From assembly GCA_965203805.1 (NCBI GenBank), contig OZ241917.1, forward strand, positions 4,128,001 through 4,192,000: a stretch of DNA of 64,000 nucleotides. The letters run 5' to 3'. Origin of the DNA: Candidatus Latescibacterota bacterium. Its GTDB lineage: Bacteria > Latescibacterota > UBA2968 > GCA-2709665. Below, in pieces: positions 49,664 to 60,377 of this stretch (position 1 is its first letter; each line of letters opens with the position of its first letter). The position numbers were made by a program, and so were the translations under genes. The notes under the pieces are model-generated. The model searched no databases, was not told the origin of the DNA, and worked only from the letters and a program-made list of their open reading frames with translations.

Positions 49664-50776
49664 ATGAGAAGAGACACCTTCACCCGCCGCGAATTTCTGG
49701 GATATTCATCGGCCCTGGGCGTCATGCTCTGTATCCCCGCGAACCCGCTGAATGCAGGGGAAGCCGACAGAATCGTGTGGGTTTCCCCGCGTGGAAACCT
49801 GGAGGTGATGGATGACTTCAACCTGTGGGTGGCCCACGAAATGGGTTATTTCAAGGAGCTGAACCTGGACGTGGTGCTGCAGCCCGGTCCCACGGAAGCA
49901 TTGGCGGTAACCAAACTGGTGGGCCAGAAGCAGGCTGACATGGGTTTCCCGTCTCCCGGCGTTCTGCTATCCAGCATCGACGCGGGGATCCCGGTCGTCC
50001 TCGTGTGGGAGATGGTCATGAAACAGGTCTTCGACTTCGCCCTGCCCGAAGACAGTCCCATCACGAAGGTCCAGGACCTGGCAGGGAAGAAAATCGCCGT
50101 CGCTTCCGAAGGCTGGCGCTTGATCATCGATCCCATCCTGGTTGAAGCGGGGCTCGATCCCAAGTCGGTGACCTATCTGCCTGGCGGCCCGCAATGGGGC
50201 CAGATGGTCGCCCTGGGGCGGGCCGACGCGGGGCTTGCATGGCGAGGCCTAGCGGCCCAGTGGAAGGCCCTGGGAATGAAGCTCAAATTCCTTGTGGGGA
50301 TGGAGTTCTCCAATCATCCTTCCAACGGCTACGCCATCCACCGCGACGATCTGAAAGACGAGACCCGCGTGGGTATCTGGACGCGCTTCTTCAAGGCCAA
50401 CTGTCTGGCGTACGAGTTTACGCGGGCCAACCCCCGTGCGGCCGGTCAGATCACCTACGGCCGGTTTCCGGCGCTGCGGGAACAGATGGCGCCGCAGCTT
50501 GCGCTGGACTCGATGCTCGAGTTGGGCACCATCTACTTCGACGGCGACCGTATCGGGAAAGGGTACGGATACAGCGATATGGCGTCCTGGCAGGCCTACA
50601 TCGACACCGTCCACAAACTCGGGCAGATCGAGAATCACTACAAGGCCGAGGACGTTGTCAGCAACGCCTTCGTCAAGGAAGCCAACAACATTGACCGCGT
50701 CCGCGCCCGCGCGGAAGGGAAGGCGTTCGAACTGAGCGATGACTTCAAGGATCTGAAGGTCAATTATCCGGTTTAA
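49664..50776 (+). CDS. ABC transporter substrate-binding protein (NMT1/THI5-like), Tat signal
   Basis: TRREFLG Tat motif, MGYFKELNLDV, ITKVQDLAGKKIAV. Confidence 0.92.
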   Translation: MRRDTFTRREFLGYSSALGVMLCIPANPLNAGEADRIVWVSPRGNLEVMDDFNLWVAHEMGYFKELNLDVVLQPGPTEALAVTKLVGQKQADMGFPSPGVLLSSIDAGIPVVLVWEMVMKQVFDFALPEDSPITKVQDLAGKKIAVASEGWRLIIDPILVEAGLDPKSVTYLPGGPQWGQMVALGRADAGLAWRGLAAQWKALGMKLKFLVGMEFSNHPSNGYAIHRDDLKDETRVGIWTRFFKANCLAYEFTRANPRAAGQITYGRFPALREQMAPQLALDSMLELGTIYFDGDRIGKGYGYSDMASWQAYIDTVHKLGQIENHYKAEDVVSNAFVKEANNIDRVRARAEGKAFELSDDFKDLKVNYPV

Positions 50777-50977
50777 GGAGGAACGTCGCGGACATACTTC
50801 CGCTTGTCGGTCCTGCTATGGATTCTCTATAGCGTTCCGGCAGGTCGCCTGCCAGCGGACAAACACCTTTTGGAACTAACCTCCGGTAGAACAAGATTTT
50901 AACCTCTCTCACAAACTCTTTTTTTATCTTCGTCCTTTTTCTTGTACGCCCAAGAAAAAGGACCAAAAAGAACGGCG

Positions 50978-51010
50978 CCTGCCTGCCGAGCAGGCTTCGG
51001 CGCAGGCAGG
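50978..51010. mobile_element. 33-nt micro-insertion element
   Basis: CCTGCCTGCCGAGCAGGCTTCGGCGCAGGCAGG; its reverse complement matches the outer element at 62490-62552. Confidence 0.75.
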
Positions 51011-51400
51011 CCGCTCGGCGCGGGGCCGGTTTTTCCGTGAACCACCTCAGTGGTAACAACGGAAATATGCACCCCTGTCACCGGACCAGCCCTGTCGGAT
51101 CTATGTTGCTGGACGGATTTGCACGGAAAAACCCCCCACACCGCCACCGTTCGCCTGACTGGACTGTACGATATTCAATGCATTTTCTGTCTTAACGATT
51201 AAGCGCTTGCGAACCTCTCGCGCTGTCCTCATCATTCAGACGCAAATCGCTTTACGAAGGGATGTCATGACTAGAGGACTACCAGAGCAGAGCGCGCTGA
51301 CCCGTCCAGCGACATGGTTCTATGTGCCACCGAGGGTGTCAGGGCAGAGGATTCTGTGCATCCTCTGAGGGTATTCGCGCTATGCATATGGCAGGCCCCG

Positions 51401-51433
51401 CCTGCCTGCCGCGCGGGGCTTGGCGCAGGCAGG
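51401..51433. mobile_element. 33-nt micro-insertion element
   Basis: CCTGCCTGCCGCGCGGGGCTTGGCGCAGGCAGG; its reverse complement matches the middle element at 34921-34983. Confidence 0.75.
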
Positions 51434-51639
51434 CGCCCAGCGGCGACTTTTGGTTCCTTTTGGTCGCTTCAAAAGGAACCCGCCGGAGGCAGGGAATTTG
51501 GGGAAAAGGGGATTTTGACTTTGATTTTCGCTTTTGATTCAAGTTGACGGCTGACGACTGATAGCCTCTCGTTCACGGGAAACCAATTCGTATACGCTCG
51601 AAATGCCTCTTGAGAGGACTTTCACAGGAGACAATGGCG

Positions 51640-52821
51640 ATGGCTGACGAAGGCAGCGCGATCTACCCGGGTATCAGGATCACGGGCGTGGACACGTTCC
51701 TGGTGAAAGGGAACTGCTGTTTCGTTAAGATCAGGACGAACGAAGGGATCACGGGGTTGGGCGAGGGCTCGATCAGCGACAATAAGGTGGGCACCATCGC
51801 GCAATGCATCAAAGACCTCGAGGGACACCTCGTTGGCAAGAACCCCACGGACATCGAGCATCTCTGGCAGGGGCTCTTCCGCTGGAACCGCTGGCACGTG
51901 GGCGTGCTCTTCACCACCGCCCTCAGCGCCATCGACATCGCACTGTGGGATATCCTGGGAAAGATCGCGGGCCTGCCGATCTACAAGCTCCTGGGAGGCG
52001 CCGCGCGGGACAAGGTCCGCATCTACGCCGGCGGCGGGGGGAAGGCGGGCGTGCAGCGCGCCAGAGCCATGGGATGCAACGCCGTCAAGACGGGACCGCC
52101 GGTGACCAGAGCCGGCGACCCGCTCACGGTGCCCATGCCCTGGGACCTGAAACGGGCGGTCCGTCAGATCGAGGAGATGCGGATCGAAGGGGGCGATGAC
52201 TTCGACATCCTCATCGACGCCCACGGTCGTCTGACGCCGACGATGGCGCTTGAGTACTGCAGGGCGGTGGAACCCTACCGCCCCTTCTGGGTGGAGGAAC
52301 CGATCCAGGTGGAAGGATCGAACGACGCGCTCGAGTGGCTGAGCGATCGCACGACGGCGCCGCTGTGCATGGGCGAGCGAAACTTCACGAAATGGGGCTT
52401 CCAGGACATCATCGCGAAGCGCCTGGTGAGCTACCTCAATCCGGACATCGTCCACTGCGGCGGCATCTCGGAGTTCAAGAAGATCGCGGCCATGGCGGAG
52501 GCGCAGTACATCCAGGTCTCACCCCACATCACCTACAGCAGGGTCGGAGTCACCGCCGAGATCCACATGGGCCTGAACTGCCCCAACAGCGTGATACAGG
52601 AGATGGCTTCCTACGCGGACGATCCCACCAGGGAGAAGACCGACTGGCGGGATGATCTGTTCTACGGGCACCGGTACCAGATCGAGGACGGCTTCGTGAC
52701 GTTGCCGGACACGCCCGGTCTGGGGCTCGAGCTGAACGAAGAGGTGGCCCGGGCGCACCCCTATGAACCGGTACTCAGGGAGGAACTCAGGTACGAGGAC
52801 GGATCGGTGGAGGACAACTGA
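51640..52821 (+). CDS. Mandelate racemase/muconate lactonizing family enzyme (DgoD-like acid-sugar dehydratase)
   Basis: EGITGLGE, SAIDIALWDILGK..LPIYKLLGG, metal ligands DAHG / EEP / GE, PGLGLEL. Confidence 0.93.
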   Translation: MADEGSAIYPGIRITGVDTFLVKGNCCFVKIRTNEGITGLGEGSISDNKVGTIAQCIKDLEGHLVGKNPTDIEHLWQGLFRWNRWHVGVLFTTALSAIDIALWDILGKIAGLPIYKLLGGAARDKVRIYAGGGGKAGVQRARAMGCNAVKTGPPVTRAGDPLTVPMPWDLKRAVRQIEEMRIEGGDDFDILIDAHGRLTPTMALEYCRAVEPYRPFWVEEPIQVEGSNDALEWLSDRTTAPLCMGERNFTKWGFQDIIAKRLVSYLNPDIVHCGGISEFKKIAAMAEAQYIQVSPHITYSRVGVTAEIHMGLNCPNSVIQEMASYADDPTREKTDWRDDLFYGHRYQIEDGFVTLPDTPGLGLELNEEVARAHPYEPVLREELRYEDGSVEDN

Positions 52822-52883
52822 AGCGCGGGAAGTCCAAGGACGCTCTGTCCGGCTGAAGGGCCAGGCCCCCCGCCTGGCGCCAA

Positions 52884-55010
52884 TCATGTATTCATCACGA
52901 CCGCCGCGTGGCTGGCCGGGCCGCAAACCCCCGCGCTGTTGCGCGCCTTGAGCCGCAGTTGGTTCAGGCCCTCGTGCAGTTTCCACTCCAGGCAGGGGTC
53001 AGTTTGTTCGCGCCATTCGGCGCTGTCGATCTGCACCAGAAATGCGTCAAAGCACGGCGTCTCGGTATCCACGTCCACGCGCAGGACATCCGGCTCGGCG
53101 GTTTCGCTCAAGTAGAGTTCCGTCCGGTTGAGCGGGGGACTGAAATCCTGCCAGCGCCTGGTGTGCTGGTGGTATTCGCGTTTGCGGGGGAACACGTCGC
53201 GGTAGAAGCAATAGAAGAGATCGCTTCCCCAGTTGCTGGAGAGTCGCCACGGCAGCGGCCATGGACGGCTGGCAAAGTCGTTGCGCAGCACCATCTGCAA
53301 GTGTCCCTTGAGCATCAGGTGCTCCGGCCCTCCGCTCAGGTCGTCAATCGAAAAGGCATTGTCGCCCTGGCGATAGGCAACGCGCGCGGCACGGAGCATT
53401 TCGAGGTCCGGCAGGCGCCATTGGATGGGATATTCCCAGGTCGCCGGTCCCGGCATGATCTCCGCCAGACGCTCGCTGACTTCCACCAGATTCAGGGGAA
53501 TGCCCGTGTCCGGATCGTAAATATAGTAATCGCGCGTCGCATCCAGGAATATCCACTTGTCGAACTCGTTTGACCACACTTCGGCCACTTCGTGTCCGTA
53601 CGTGTGTTTGGTGGAGATATTGACCCAGCGGGCCGGAAAGCCCATGGCCAAACAGGCGGCGATCAGGGTCAGATTGCAGTAGAGACAATGGCCGTCGCGC
53701 CGGCGTTTCCCGTTGTCGCCAGGCTGGCCGGGCCGTCCATTCTCATCCCTATCGAGTCGAGGTAAATCGTAGTAATTCCATTCGTAGGCATCCAGGCGGT
53801 CGATCGGTACTTTGTAGGCCCAGTGCATGAGTTGCAGCTGGGCCTCGAATTCAGTTGCCGCGCCTGAAACCATCGCGTCAAGTTCAAAGCGGCGGCGCAG
53901 TTCGTTCAAGCGGGCGAAATCTTCGTGGACGTAGGGCAGGGACGGGCGAATGACGCGCCCGTTGCGGAGTTGGAGAAGGCGATAACATCCATTGGAGCGG
54001 TGCTCGTGCTCGCGCCGTTGCGCCGCCACGGAAATCCCCTTGAATACCGGCGTCACCAGCGGATTGCGGGCGTACATGACCATCCTGAACTGCAGGTAAC
54101 GTCCAACGGGAGCGGGCCACGTCCTGGCGAAATTCGATACGGATTCGAAAGGGGTCCATGAGGCCGCTTCGGGCACCGGATTATCGCCCAGTCGCGCCTC
54201 TATTTCCACCAGGCTTCCCTCGGGCGCATCCACCTCCCATCCTACCCGGCACGCATCTATATCGAGCAATTTCGCGATTCCCTTTGTGTCCCCTCCTGTC
54301 GCCAGATCGATCACCGGCGAGACAAAGGTTCCCCGCGGTACGCTGCGGTCCAGACTGAGGCGGATGGCGTACTCCCCGTCGATTTCATCTCTCCAGCCCA
54401 GGTGCTCGAAATCCCAGGTGCGGCCTCCGTCCCGGCTCTTGGCGCTGCGGTCAGGGTGGCAGAGCCGCGTTTCAGAGCCTCGCTTGTATTCTCCATCGGC
54501 GGCCACCATGATTTCCCAGCTGGTCTCCTCCGATTCGGACCACAGGACGAACTCATTGGTACCCTGCCTCAGTGCGCCCACGGGCACTGCAACCACGAAC
54601 CAGTTGTCGAAGTGCGAGCCTCCCCAGTCGGTGGTGTAGTAGTGGCGGGCAGTCGGGTGGGCGATCTTGCTCGGAGGTCGGATCAACTGGTGACCATTGA
54701 TGGAGACGTGGAGCGCATGGTCATTGTCGTCCATTTCCCGTCCGTTGAAGACTAGCCAGGCGGCTGTGGCACGAGGATCATCCAGGACCAGATCTTTTCG
54801 CGCCATCACTCCTTTATGCAATTTCTCAAACCACGACCGGTCCTCGGCGCCTTCGGGCCGGCCGATGGCCGGCGCATCGTCTTCGACCAGGAGCATATCA
54901 TTGAGGACGATCGCCTTTCTCAGCTGGCAGTATTGGAGTTGATCGAACTGACCCCGTACTTCCAGCGCAGCGGCATCCAGCGAAAAACGGCAATTACTCT
55001 TTAACGACAT
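52884..55010 (-). CDS. Transglutaminase-like domain protein
   Basis: GHCLYCN..LAMGFPAR..HEVAEVWSNEFDKWIFLDAT (Cys-His-Asp). Start ATG 55010 after GGGGAG, or 55031 (ATGA overlap); the track start at 55325 lies inside the upstream gene. Confidence 0.85.
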   Translation of the reverse strand: MSLKSNCRFSLDAAALEVRGQFDQLQYCQLRKAIVLNDMLLVEDDAPAIGRPEGAEDRSWFEKLHKGVMARKDLVLDDPRATAAWLVFNGREMDDNDHALHVSINGHQLIRPPSKIAHPTARHYYTTDWGGSHFDNWFVVAVPVGALRQGTNEFVLWSESEETSWEIMVAADGEYKRGSETRLCHPDRSAKSRDGGRTWDFEHLGWRDEIDGEYAIRLSLDRSVPRGTFVSPVIDLATGGDTKGIAKLLDIDACRVGWEVDAPEGSLVEIEARLGDNPVPEAASWTPFESVSNFARTWPAPVGRYLQFRMVMYARNPLVTPVFKGISVAAQRREHEHRSNGCYRLLQLRNGRVIRPSLPYVHEDFARLNELRRRFELDAMVSGAATEFEAQLQLMHWAYKVPIDRLDAYEWNYYDLPRLDRDENGRPGQPGDNGKRRRDGHCLYCNLTLIAACLAMGFPARWVNISTKHTYGHEVAEVWSNEFDKWIFLDATRDYYIYDPDTGIPLNLVEVSERLAEIMPGPATWEYPIQWRLPDLEMLRAARVAYRQGDNAFSIDDLSGGPEHLMLKGHLQMVLRNDFASRPWPLPWRLSSNWGSDLFYCFYRDVFPRKREYHQHTRRWQDFSPPLNRTELYLSETAEPDVLRVDVDTETPCFDAFLVQIDSAEWREQTDPCLEWKLHEGLNQLRLKARNSAGVCGPASHAAVVMNT

Positions 55011-55027
55011 TTCTGAACACTCCCCGG

Positions 55028-56083
55028 TCATTTCCACGCCGCGCGCAGAAGGCGGACCCAGTTTCCGTGCATGATGCCGGCAACGTCGGTCTGCGAGTAC
55101 CCGCGTTTTTCCAGGATGGCGGGAATCTTTCGCAGGTCGGCGATGGTGTCGAGATCCGAGGGGCACTGTTCCTTGCCGTAGCCGCCGTCCAGGTCGGTGC
55201 CGATGGCGGCGTGGCGCGAGTTCCCCATCAGTTGACAGACGTGGTCGATGTGGTCCACCACGGTTTCCAGCGTGATGCCCGTGTTGTCCATGGCGGCCCG
55301 GTCCCACAAGGGGGAGACCATCCATACGTCCATCGCTGCGCCAATGACGCCGCCGCGCTGGGCCAGTGCCTTAATCTGTCGATCGTCGAGTTGGCGGTCG
55401 TGGTCGCACAGAGCCCGGCAGCAGTTGTGCGTGGCCAGCACGGGACCGTTGAAGACCTCCAGGGCTTCCCAGAATGCTTGCTCGGCCAGGTGGCTCACGT
55501 CGAAGATGATCCCAACCGCCTCCAGGGCTTCGAGCATGGGGCGGCCTCTGGCCGTGAGGCCGCCCGGAGCCTGGGTCCCGTGCGAGTAGGCGCTCACCCC
55601 GTAGTGACACAAGCTCACGATCCGCAGGCCTTCATTCCACCACTTCGGTACCTGTTCCGGCGCCACAATGCCGTCCGCCCCTTCCATGCTGAGGACAAAT
55701 CCCAGCGGGGTCGTCTGCGGATCCTCATCCCACTCGGCCAAGTGGGCGTCGAGTTCAGCGCGATCGCGAATCTGGCGCAAGACGCCCCTGGCCTCCATCA
55801 GGCGGTAGTAGGCCAACTCGCCCATGCACCTGGCGTAGGCGATGTCCTGGGTGCGCACCCCGGAAAAGCGATTACCCATCGAAGCAAGCCGGCAGTGCAC
55901 CGTTACGAAGAAGAGTCCGATTCCGCCGCGCCGCAGTTCGGCGAAATTCACCACGTTCATGCCGCGGCCCTTCTGCGTCATCCCTGCCTCGGCCTCGCGT
56001 ATTTCGGCGATGGGCTGGAGCAGGTCCCGGTCCCATTCGAGCGCGTTGTGGGCGATATCCAGGTGGGCATCGACGATCAGCAT
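55028..56083 (-). CDS. Membrane dipeptidase (peptidase M19) family protein
   Basis: VDAHLD, SMEGAD, GGLT..G, DVSHL, ATHN, IGTDLDGG, GNWVR. Confidence 0.95.
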   Translation of the reverse strand: MLIVDAHLDIAHNALEWDRDLLQPIAEIREAEAGMTQKGRGMNVVNFAELRRGGIGLFFVTVHCRLASMGNRFSGVRTQDIAYARCMGELAYYRLMEARGVLRQIRDRAELDAHLAEWDEDPQTTPLGFVLSMEGADGIVAPEQVPKWWNEGLRIVSLCHYGVSAYSHGTQAPGGLTARGRPMLEALEAVGIIFDVSHLAEQAFWEALEVFNGPVLATHNCCRALCDHDRQLDDRQIKALAQRGGVIGAAMDVWMVSPLWDRAAMDNTGITLETVVDHIDHVCQLMGNSRHAAIGTDLDGGYGKEQCPSDLDTIADLRKIPAILEKRGYSQTDVAGIMHGNWVRLLRAAWK

Positions 56084-56505
56084 GGAGGTTCTCCCATCGA
56101 TAATGTTCCAAAGGCGGTGAGACGTAAGACGTTAGACGGTAGAAGACGTATTTGCCCGATTGGTTTTTCCTTTATGCCTCCGGCAAGAAATGAAACCGCA
56201 CGGGGCAATAAAACCGGTAGACGTTAGACGGGAGAAGGTAGAGGATAACGTTACCAAAGTGTTTTCACGCTGACCGTGCCTGTTTCTCTACGGCCCCCGT
56301 CCTCTCCAAGCCTCCCCGTCCTTCCTCCCTACGGTCGGAAGTCCGGGTCCCAGGCTTGTCGAGTCCGACCCCCTTGTGTCCTATATCACTCTAGTAGTAC
56401 CGTACAGAGTGGTTTCTAGGGGTGATGGGGGGACTGACCTACAAAATTAGTTTCACTTAAGTCTGGAGTGATATAGTGCAGTCCCATGCACTATATCATT
56501 CCCAG

Positions 56506-58260
56506 CCTATGTTTATTTATAAAACGATAGTATTTAGCCCCAATTATTCACAAAAAAGGTAGTTTCCTTACCCAAGTCATTGTATTATATTATGGTTAGG
56601 CGAATAACCATAACACAATGAAACAGGAGGAAACTACCGTGGAAGGTCAAGATAGTCAACTCACAGTTCCGTTCGCAAGTGTTTCTGGCAAGCAGGTGGA
56701 AGCCGTCTTCGACGGCGGTGTGCTCACCAGCCTGCCTGCTGCAGGCAGGCGATATCGGGTCGATGTTGCTTCGAGAGGTGGAGTCCAGGATCGGCATTTT
56801 GTCTCGGATCGTCGAGGCGTTACCGGACCGTCGGCATCCCAGTTATGTGGATCACACGATGTCGGATCTGATCAGCCAGCGTGTGTTTCAGATCGCGTGC
56901 GCGTATGAAGATGCGAACGATTGCGATTTGCTGCGCTTTGACCCCGCGTTCAAGGCGGCCTGTGGTCGGTTGCCGATATCAGGGACGCCGTTGGCCAGCC
57001 AACCCACGATGAGTCGTTTGGAAAACGGCATTCGTCGCCGGGACTTATATCGTATTGCCGAGGCCTTGGTGGACGGGTTTATCGCGTCCTACAAGCGGCC
57101 TCCCAACGCGGTCGTTCTGGATATCGATGACACCGACGACGAGGTTTACGGCTGTCAACAGTTGGCGATGTTCAATGGCTATTATGGTGAACGCTGTTAC
57201 TGTCCCTTGCATATCTATGAAGGGCAGACAGGAAGACTGATCACGACGCTTTTGCGTCCGGGCGCCCGTCCTACCGGCAAACAGATTGTCACCGTTCTCA
57301 AGCGACTGGTGAAACGCCTTCGCGAGGCGTGGCCGCACGTGCGACTCTTTTTGCGTGGCGACGGCCATTTTTCCTGTCCCGAGGTCCACGACTTTTGCGA
57401 CGTGCAAGAGGTGTATTTCGTGCTGGGACAGACGGGCAATGCCAGGCTTGCACAACGGGGACACGCGCTGATCGAGCAGGCAAAGGCACAGTATCGGGAG
57501 ACCGGACAGCCTGTGCAGCGATTTACCAGTTTCGCTTACCAGGCAGATTCCTGGGCCGTGCCAAGACGCATCATCTACAAAGCTGAAATCACCGCTTCCG
57601 GACAAGCCAATACACGCTTTGTCGTCACCAACCTGAAGAGTAGCCAACCCTCATTCCTCTACAAAACCGTCTATTGTGCGCGCGGCCTGTCTGCCGGCCA
57701 GGCAGGCAGGATGGAAAACTTCATCAAGAATCACAAAACCTTCCTCCATTCCGATCGTACCTCCTGCCACACCTTCGAAGCCAATCACTTCCGTCTCTTA
57801 CTGCATAGTGCCGCTTATGTCCTGATGCACACCCTTACCGAAAAAGGACTCTGGACCACCCAATGGACGCACGCGCAGTTTAATACCATTCAGAATCGCA
57901 TCCTCAAAGTCGCCGGGAGAGTGTCCGAACTCAAAACCAAAATCAAACTCCATTTGCCAACCTCATTTCCCTTGAAACACCTCTATGGCACCATCCTATG
58001 CAATTTGGCAAAGGCAGTTCCATAACGCAGACGCTTCACGCAGGCAAAGCCGTCCCTTTCTCATCGCCAAAAGTAAGACCAAGGCATCCGTCTGTCCTTT
58101 CCATCCACAAATCAAAGAACTCGACACCCCTCGATGCTGACAGACCACCCAAAATTACGCATTATCCCGTCACCAACACGTCATTTGACTATTTCCCCTT
58201 CTATAGATCACTTTTTGCTTCCAAAAACACTGTTCCGTTCAGTTTCATGAATTAGTCAGG
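56506..58260 (+). mobile_element. IS1380-family insertion sequence (ends approximate)
   Basis: Contains an IS1380-type transposase. The right end TTTCATGAATTAGTCAGG pairs imperfectly with the left CCTATGTTTATTTATAAAAC. Confidence 0.75.
56639..58025 (+). pseudogene. IS1380-family DDE transposase, frameshifted by a 19-nt insertion and carrying a 21-nt in-frame insertion
   Basis: FDGGVLTS|DIG, YEDANDCD, LASQPTMSRLEN, LDIDDT, RGDGHF, YCARG|RMENFIK. Removing 56731-56749 joins ORFs 56618 and 56679 in frame. GTG 56639 has an AGGAGG RBS. Confidence 0.9.
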
Positions 58261-58309
58261 TTAGTACGAGCAAGCGGATATCTATTAGCGTACGGGTACA
58301 AGGAGGGGA

Positions 58310-58489
58310 ATGATATAGTCCACTACGGGGGAACCAGAACTAACCAAGCTGGAATATTTCACGGCGATGGCTCTGTCGGACTTCTGTACCCAGTATCAAC
58401 AAGGTCCGTATTCCTTTGACGAACTGGCCGAGTGGAGTGTTAAGGCGGGGCGGGCGACATTGAAGCAGTTGGAGCTGTCTGAAGAATAA
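58310..58489 (+). pseudogene. Remnant of a small phage-type gene (LTKLEYFTAMA motif)
   Basis: EPELTKLEYFTAMALSD..LAEWSVKAGRATLKQLE* resembles the LTKREYFAAMA small phage proteins; in-frame TAG at codon 3. Confidence 0.4.
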
Positions 58490-58637
58490 ACCCTTGGAAT
58501 ATTCATTATTCTGGGGGTTTTATTCTGTCTGTAAGAATATTTATTTTTCTTATAAAGGGGATTGAACTTACTTATAAAATCGGGTATCTTCATGGTAAGC
58601 CGAATTAATCTCCACTTTCACCGTTGGGAGGTTTACC

Positions 58638-59807
58638 ATGTTGAGGCACGTCGTTGTACTCGCGTCGGTAGGCGTTCTGTGGGGTTGCTCGGAGCAGCAT
58701 TCGGTAGATTCACCCGAACCGGTCGCCGGAAGCAAGTTGGCCGTCAAGAGTTTCACGCCTGTGAAGGGTCACGATTATGATCCTTTTAAGGTGTTAAACA
58801 GGGAGGATCGGAAAGCATCGTTGGGTGGAATTGAGGGAGCCACAGCCTATTTTGAATTGGTTGCGGCGCAGTTGGCTAGTGCGATGCATGACAAGGAAGC
58901 CAGGCGTATTATCCACACGGTCATTTCAAGTTGGAAAAAGGGAGACATAAAGTTGTCGGCAGTTGCAATAGAGTATCCGCATTTCGCACAGGTCTTTGCT
59001 ACTGGTTTTAAAGAAGCCATGCAGGATAAACGTCTTTCAAATCAATTGGCTCAAATTGCTCAAAGAAGTGCAACTGACGGTAAGGCGCTGTTCCAGGTAT
59101 TGGGTGCGATGGTAGATATCGAAGTAATTCTGGCTCTTCCCGAGGATCAAAGTTGGGATGGTTCAGAACCCATCGCGGTTATTTGGTCACCCATAGAGCG
59201 TAATCCAGATATAGTTCAGGGCATTGGAACGAATCTAAAGCCTATTCGTTTAAATGCTCATACGGATGAGCCTCCATATCCGTTACTCTCCTTAAATTTC
59301 GATGAGGATCAAACCCCAGAAGAAATAGAGAGCACATCATCGGTACCAGTGAACGATATCTGGAATTGGTCACTTATCACACCGGCGTACGCGCACAATC
59401 CAACCAATCATCCCAATTGTAACCACTTTCCGCTTATCAAGCCTGTGTATACAATTACTATCTTTAAGACACACGAAACTTGGGGTGACGACCCAGAGAT
59501 CTATATTAAGGTCTTGTTTTACAACAACGTTAGAACTGAGCGATTTGATCTTCCGGACGTCAACCGAGTTAACAAACCGTACAAGAATTATCGTCATCTG
59601 AAAACTATCCACGGTCCTTGCAACGGTGGGAGAGTCAAAAAGTTCCATGTCCTTGAGCGTGATTATTGGGGACTCCCTGATGATACCGTGGCGTGTTGGG
59701 AAGATGTTGTGATGACCAGAATGGGTATTCACGAATTGCTTCCCTCTGCTGCTGATTGTGGTGTCGAGGATGCGTGGCTTCATATCTCCTTTACAGGATT
59801 AGATTAA
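58638..59807 (+). CDS. Lipoprotein of unknown function (possibly DUF3103-like), low GC
   Basis: GGGAGG RBS, lipobox LWGC, HETW..PEIY..FDLPDV segment. Confidence 0.75.
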   Translation: MLRHVVVLASVGVLWGCSEQHSVDSPEPVAGSKLAVKSFTPVKGHDYDPFKVLNREDRKASLGGIEGATAYFELVAAQLASAMHDKEARRIIHTVISSWKKGDIKLSAVAIEYPHFAQVFATGFKEAMQDKRLSNQLAQIAQRSATDGKALFQVLGAMVDIEVILALPEDQSWDGSEPIAVIWSPIERNPDIVQGIGTNLKPIRLNAHTDEPPYPLLSLNFDEDQTPEEIESTSSVPVNDIWNWSLITPAYAHNPTNHPNCNHFPLIKPVYTITIFKTHETWGDDPEIYIKVLFYNNVRTERFDLPDVNRVNKPYKNYRHLKTIHGPCNGGRVKKFHVLERDYWGLPDDTVACWEDVVMTRMGIHELLPSAADCGVEDAWLHISFTGLD

Positions 59808-59820
59808 TTGAGGTGTTGTT

Positions 59821-60312
59821 ATGAAACTCTCGATCTTGGGCATCATCGTGGGCGGTGGTCTTTTTGCAGGTGGGTTTGTAGTACATGATACTGACTACAG
59901 TCTCACTCAGTTTACTCATCCAGTCTCCGGAGACCCAGTGTGGGAAGCATCGAATATTTGGCCGCACGCCCACAGTCCTTCCGACAACTGGGAACACCTG
60001 GGCTGGTTGATGGGTGTAACAGGCGCGGCGATCCTCACCATGTCTATTGATCGGATGCAGAACTTGGACAAGACAGTACAGAAAGCTGAATCTAGGTTCC
60101 GCACCAAATGGGGAATGCTTGTTGGAGCCGGAGCCATAGTCGGAGGTCACTTTCTTCACGAACGCGGTGAAGATGATGAACTCCAACTTGTGGCTAGTCG
60201 GTATTACAATGGTCCCGTGCAATGGATCGACGCTCGTAACAACCCACGGGAACACCTGGGATATTTCTTGAGCGCGGCTGGTGCTTCCTGGTTCACGTAT
60301 TCAGCGAGGTAG
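59821..60312 (+). CDS. Small membrane protein with internal duplication
   Basis: GAGG RBS; two halves GGxxxH(D/E)...EHLG(W/Y); Gly-rich hydrophobic segments. Confidence 0.7.
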   Translation: MKLSILGIIVGGGLFAGGFVVHDTDYSLTQFTHPVSGDPVWEASNIWPHAHSPSDNWEHLGWLMGVTGAAILTMSIDRMQNLDKTVQKAESRFRTKWGMLVGAGAIVGGHFLHERGEDDELQLVASRYYNGPVQWIDARNNPREHLGYFLSAAGASWFTYSAR

Positions 60313-60335
60313 GGTATAGGTTCCCTTCCGCACAG

Positions 60336-60377
60336 CAGAAGCCCCTGGTCAGATATAATTTTGCCCAGGGGCTTCTG
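60336..60377. terminator. Terminator-like hairpin
   Basis: CAGAAGCCCCTGG...CCAGGGGCTTCTG. Confidence 0.65.

Noticed and set aside
56618-56908. Programmed frameshift in the IS1380 transposase
   Set aside because: No slippery site; the shift is exactly explained by the 19-nt palindromic insertion.
58310-58318. TAG read-through or recoding after AGGAGG-ATG
   Set aside because: Other genes in the window end in TAG normally; pseudogenisation is the simpler explanation.
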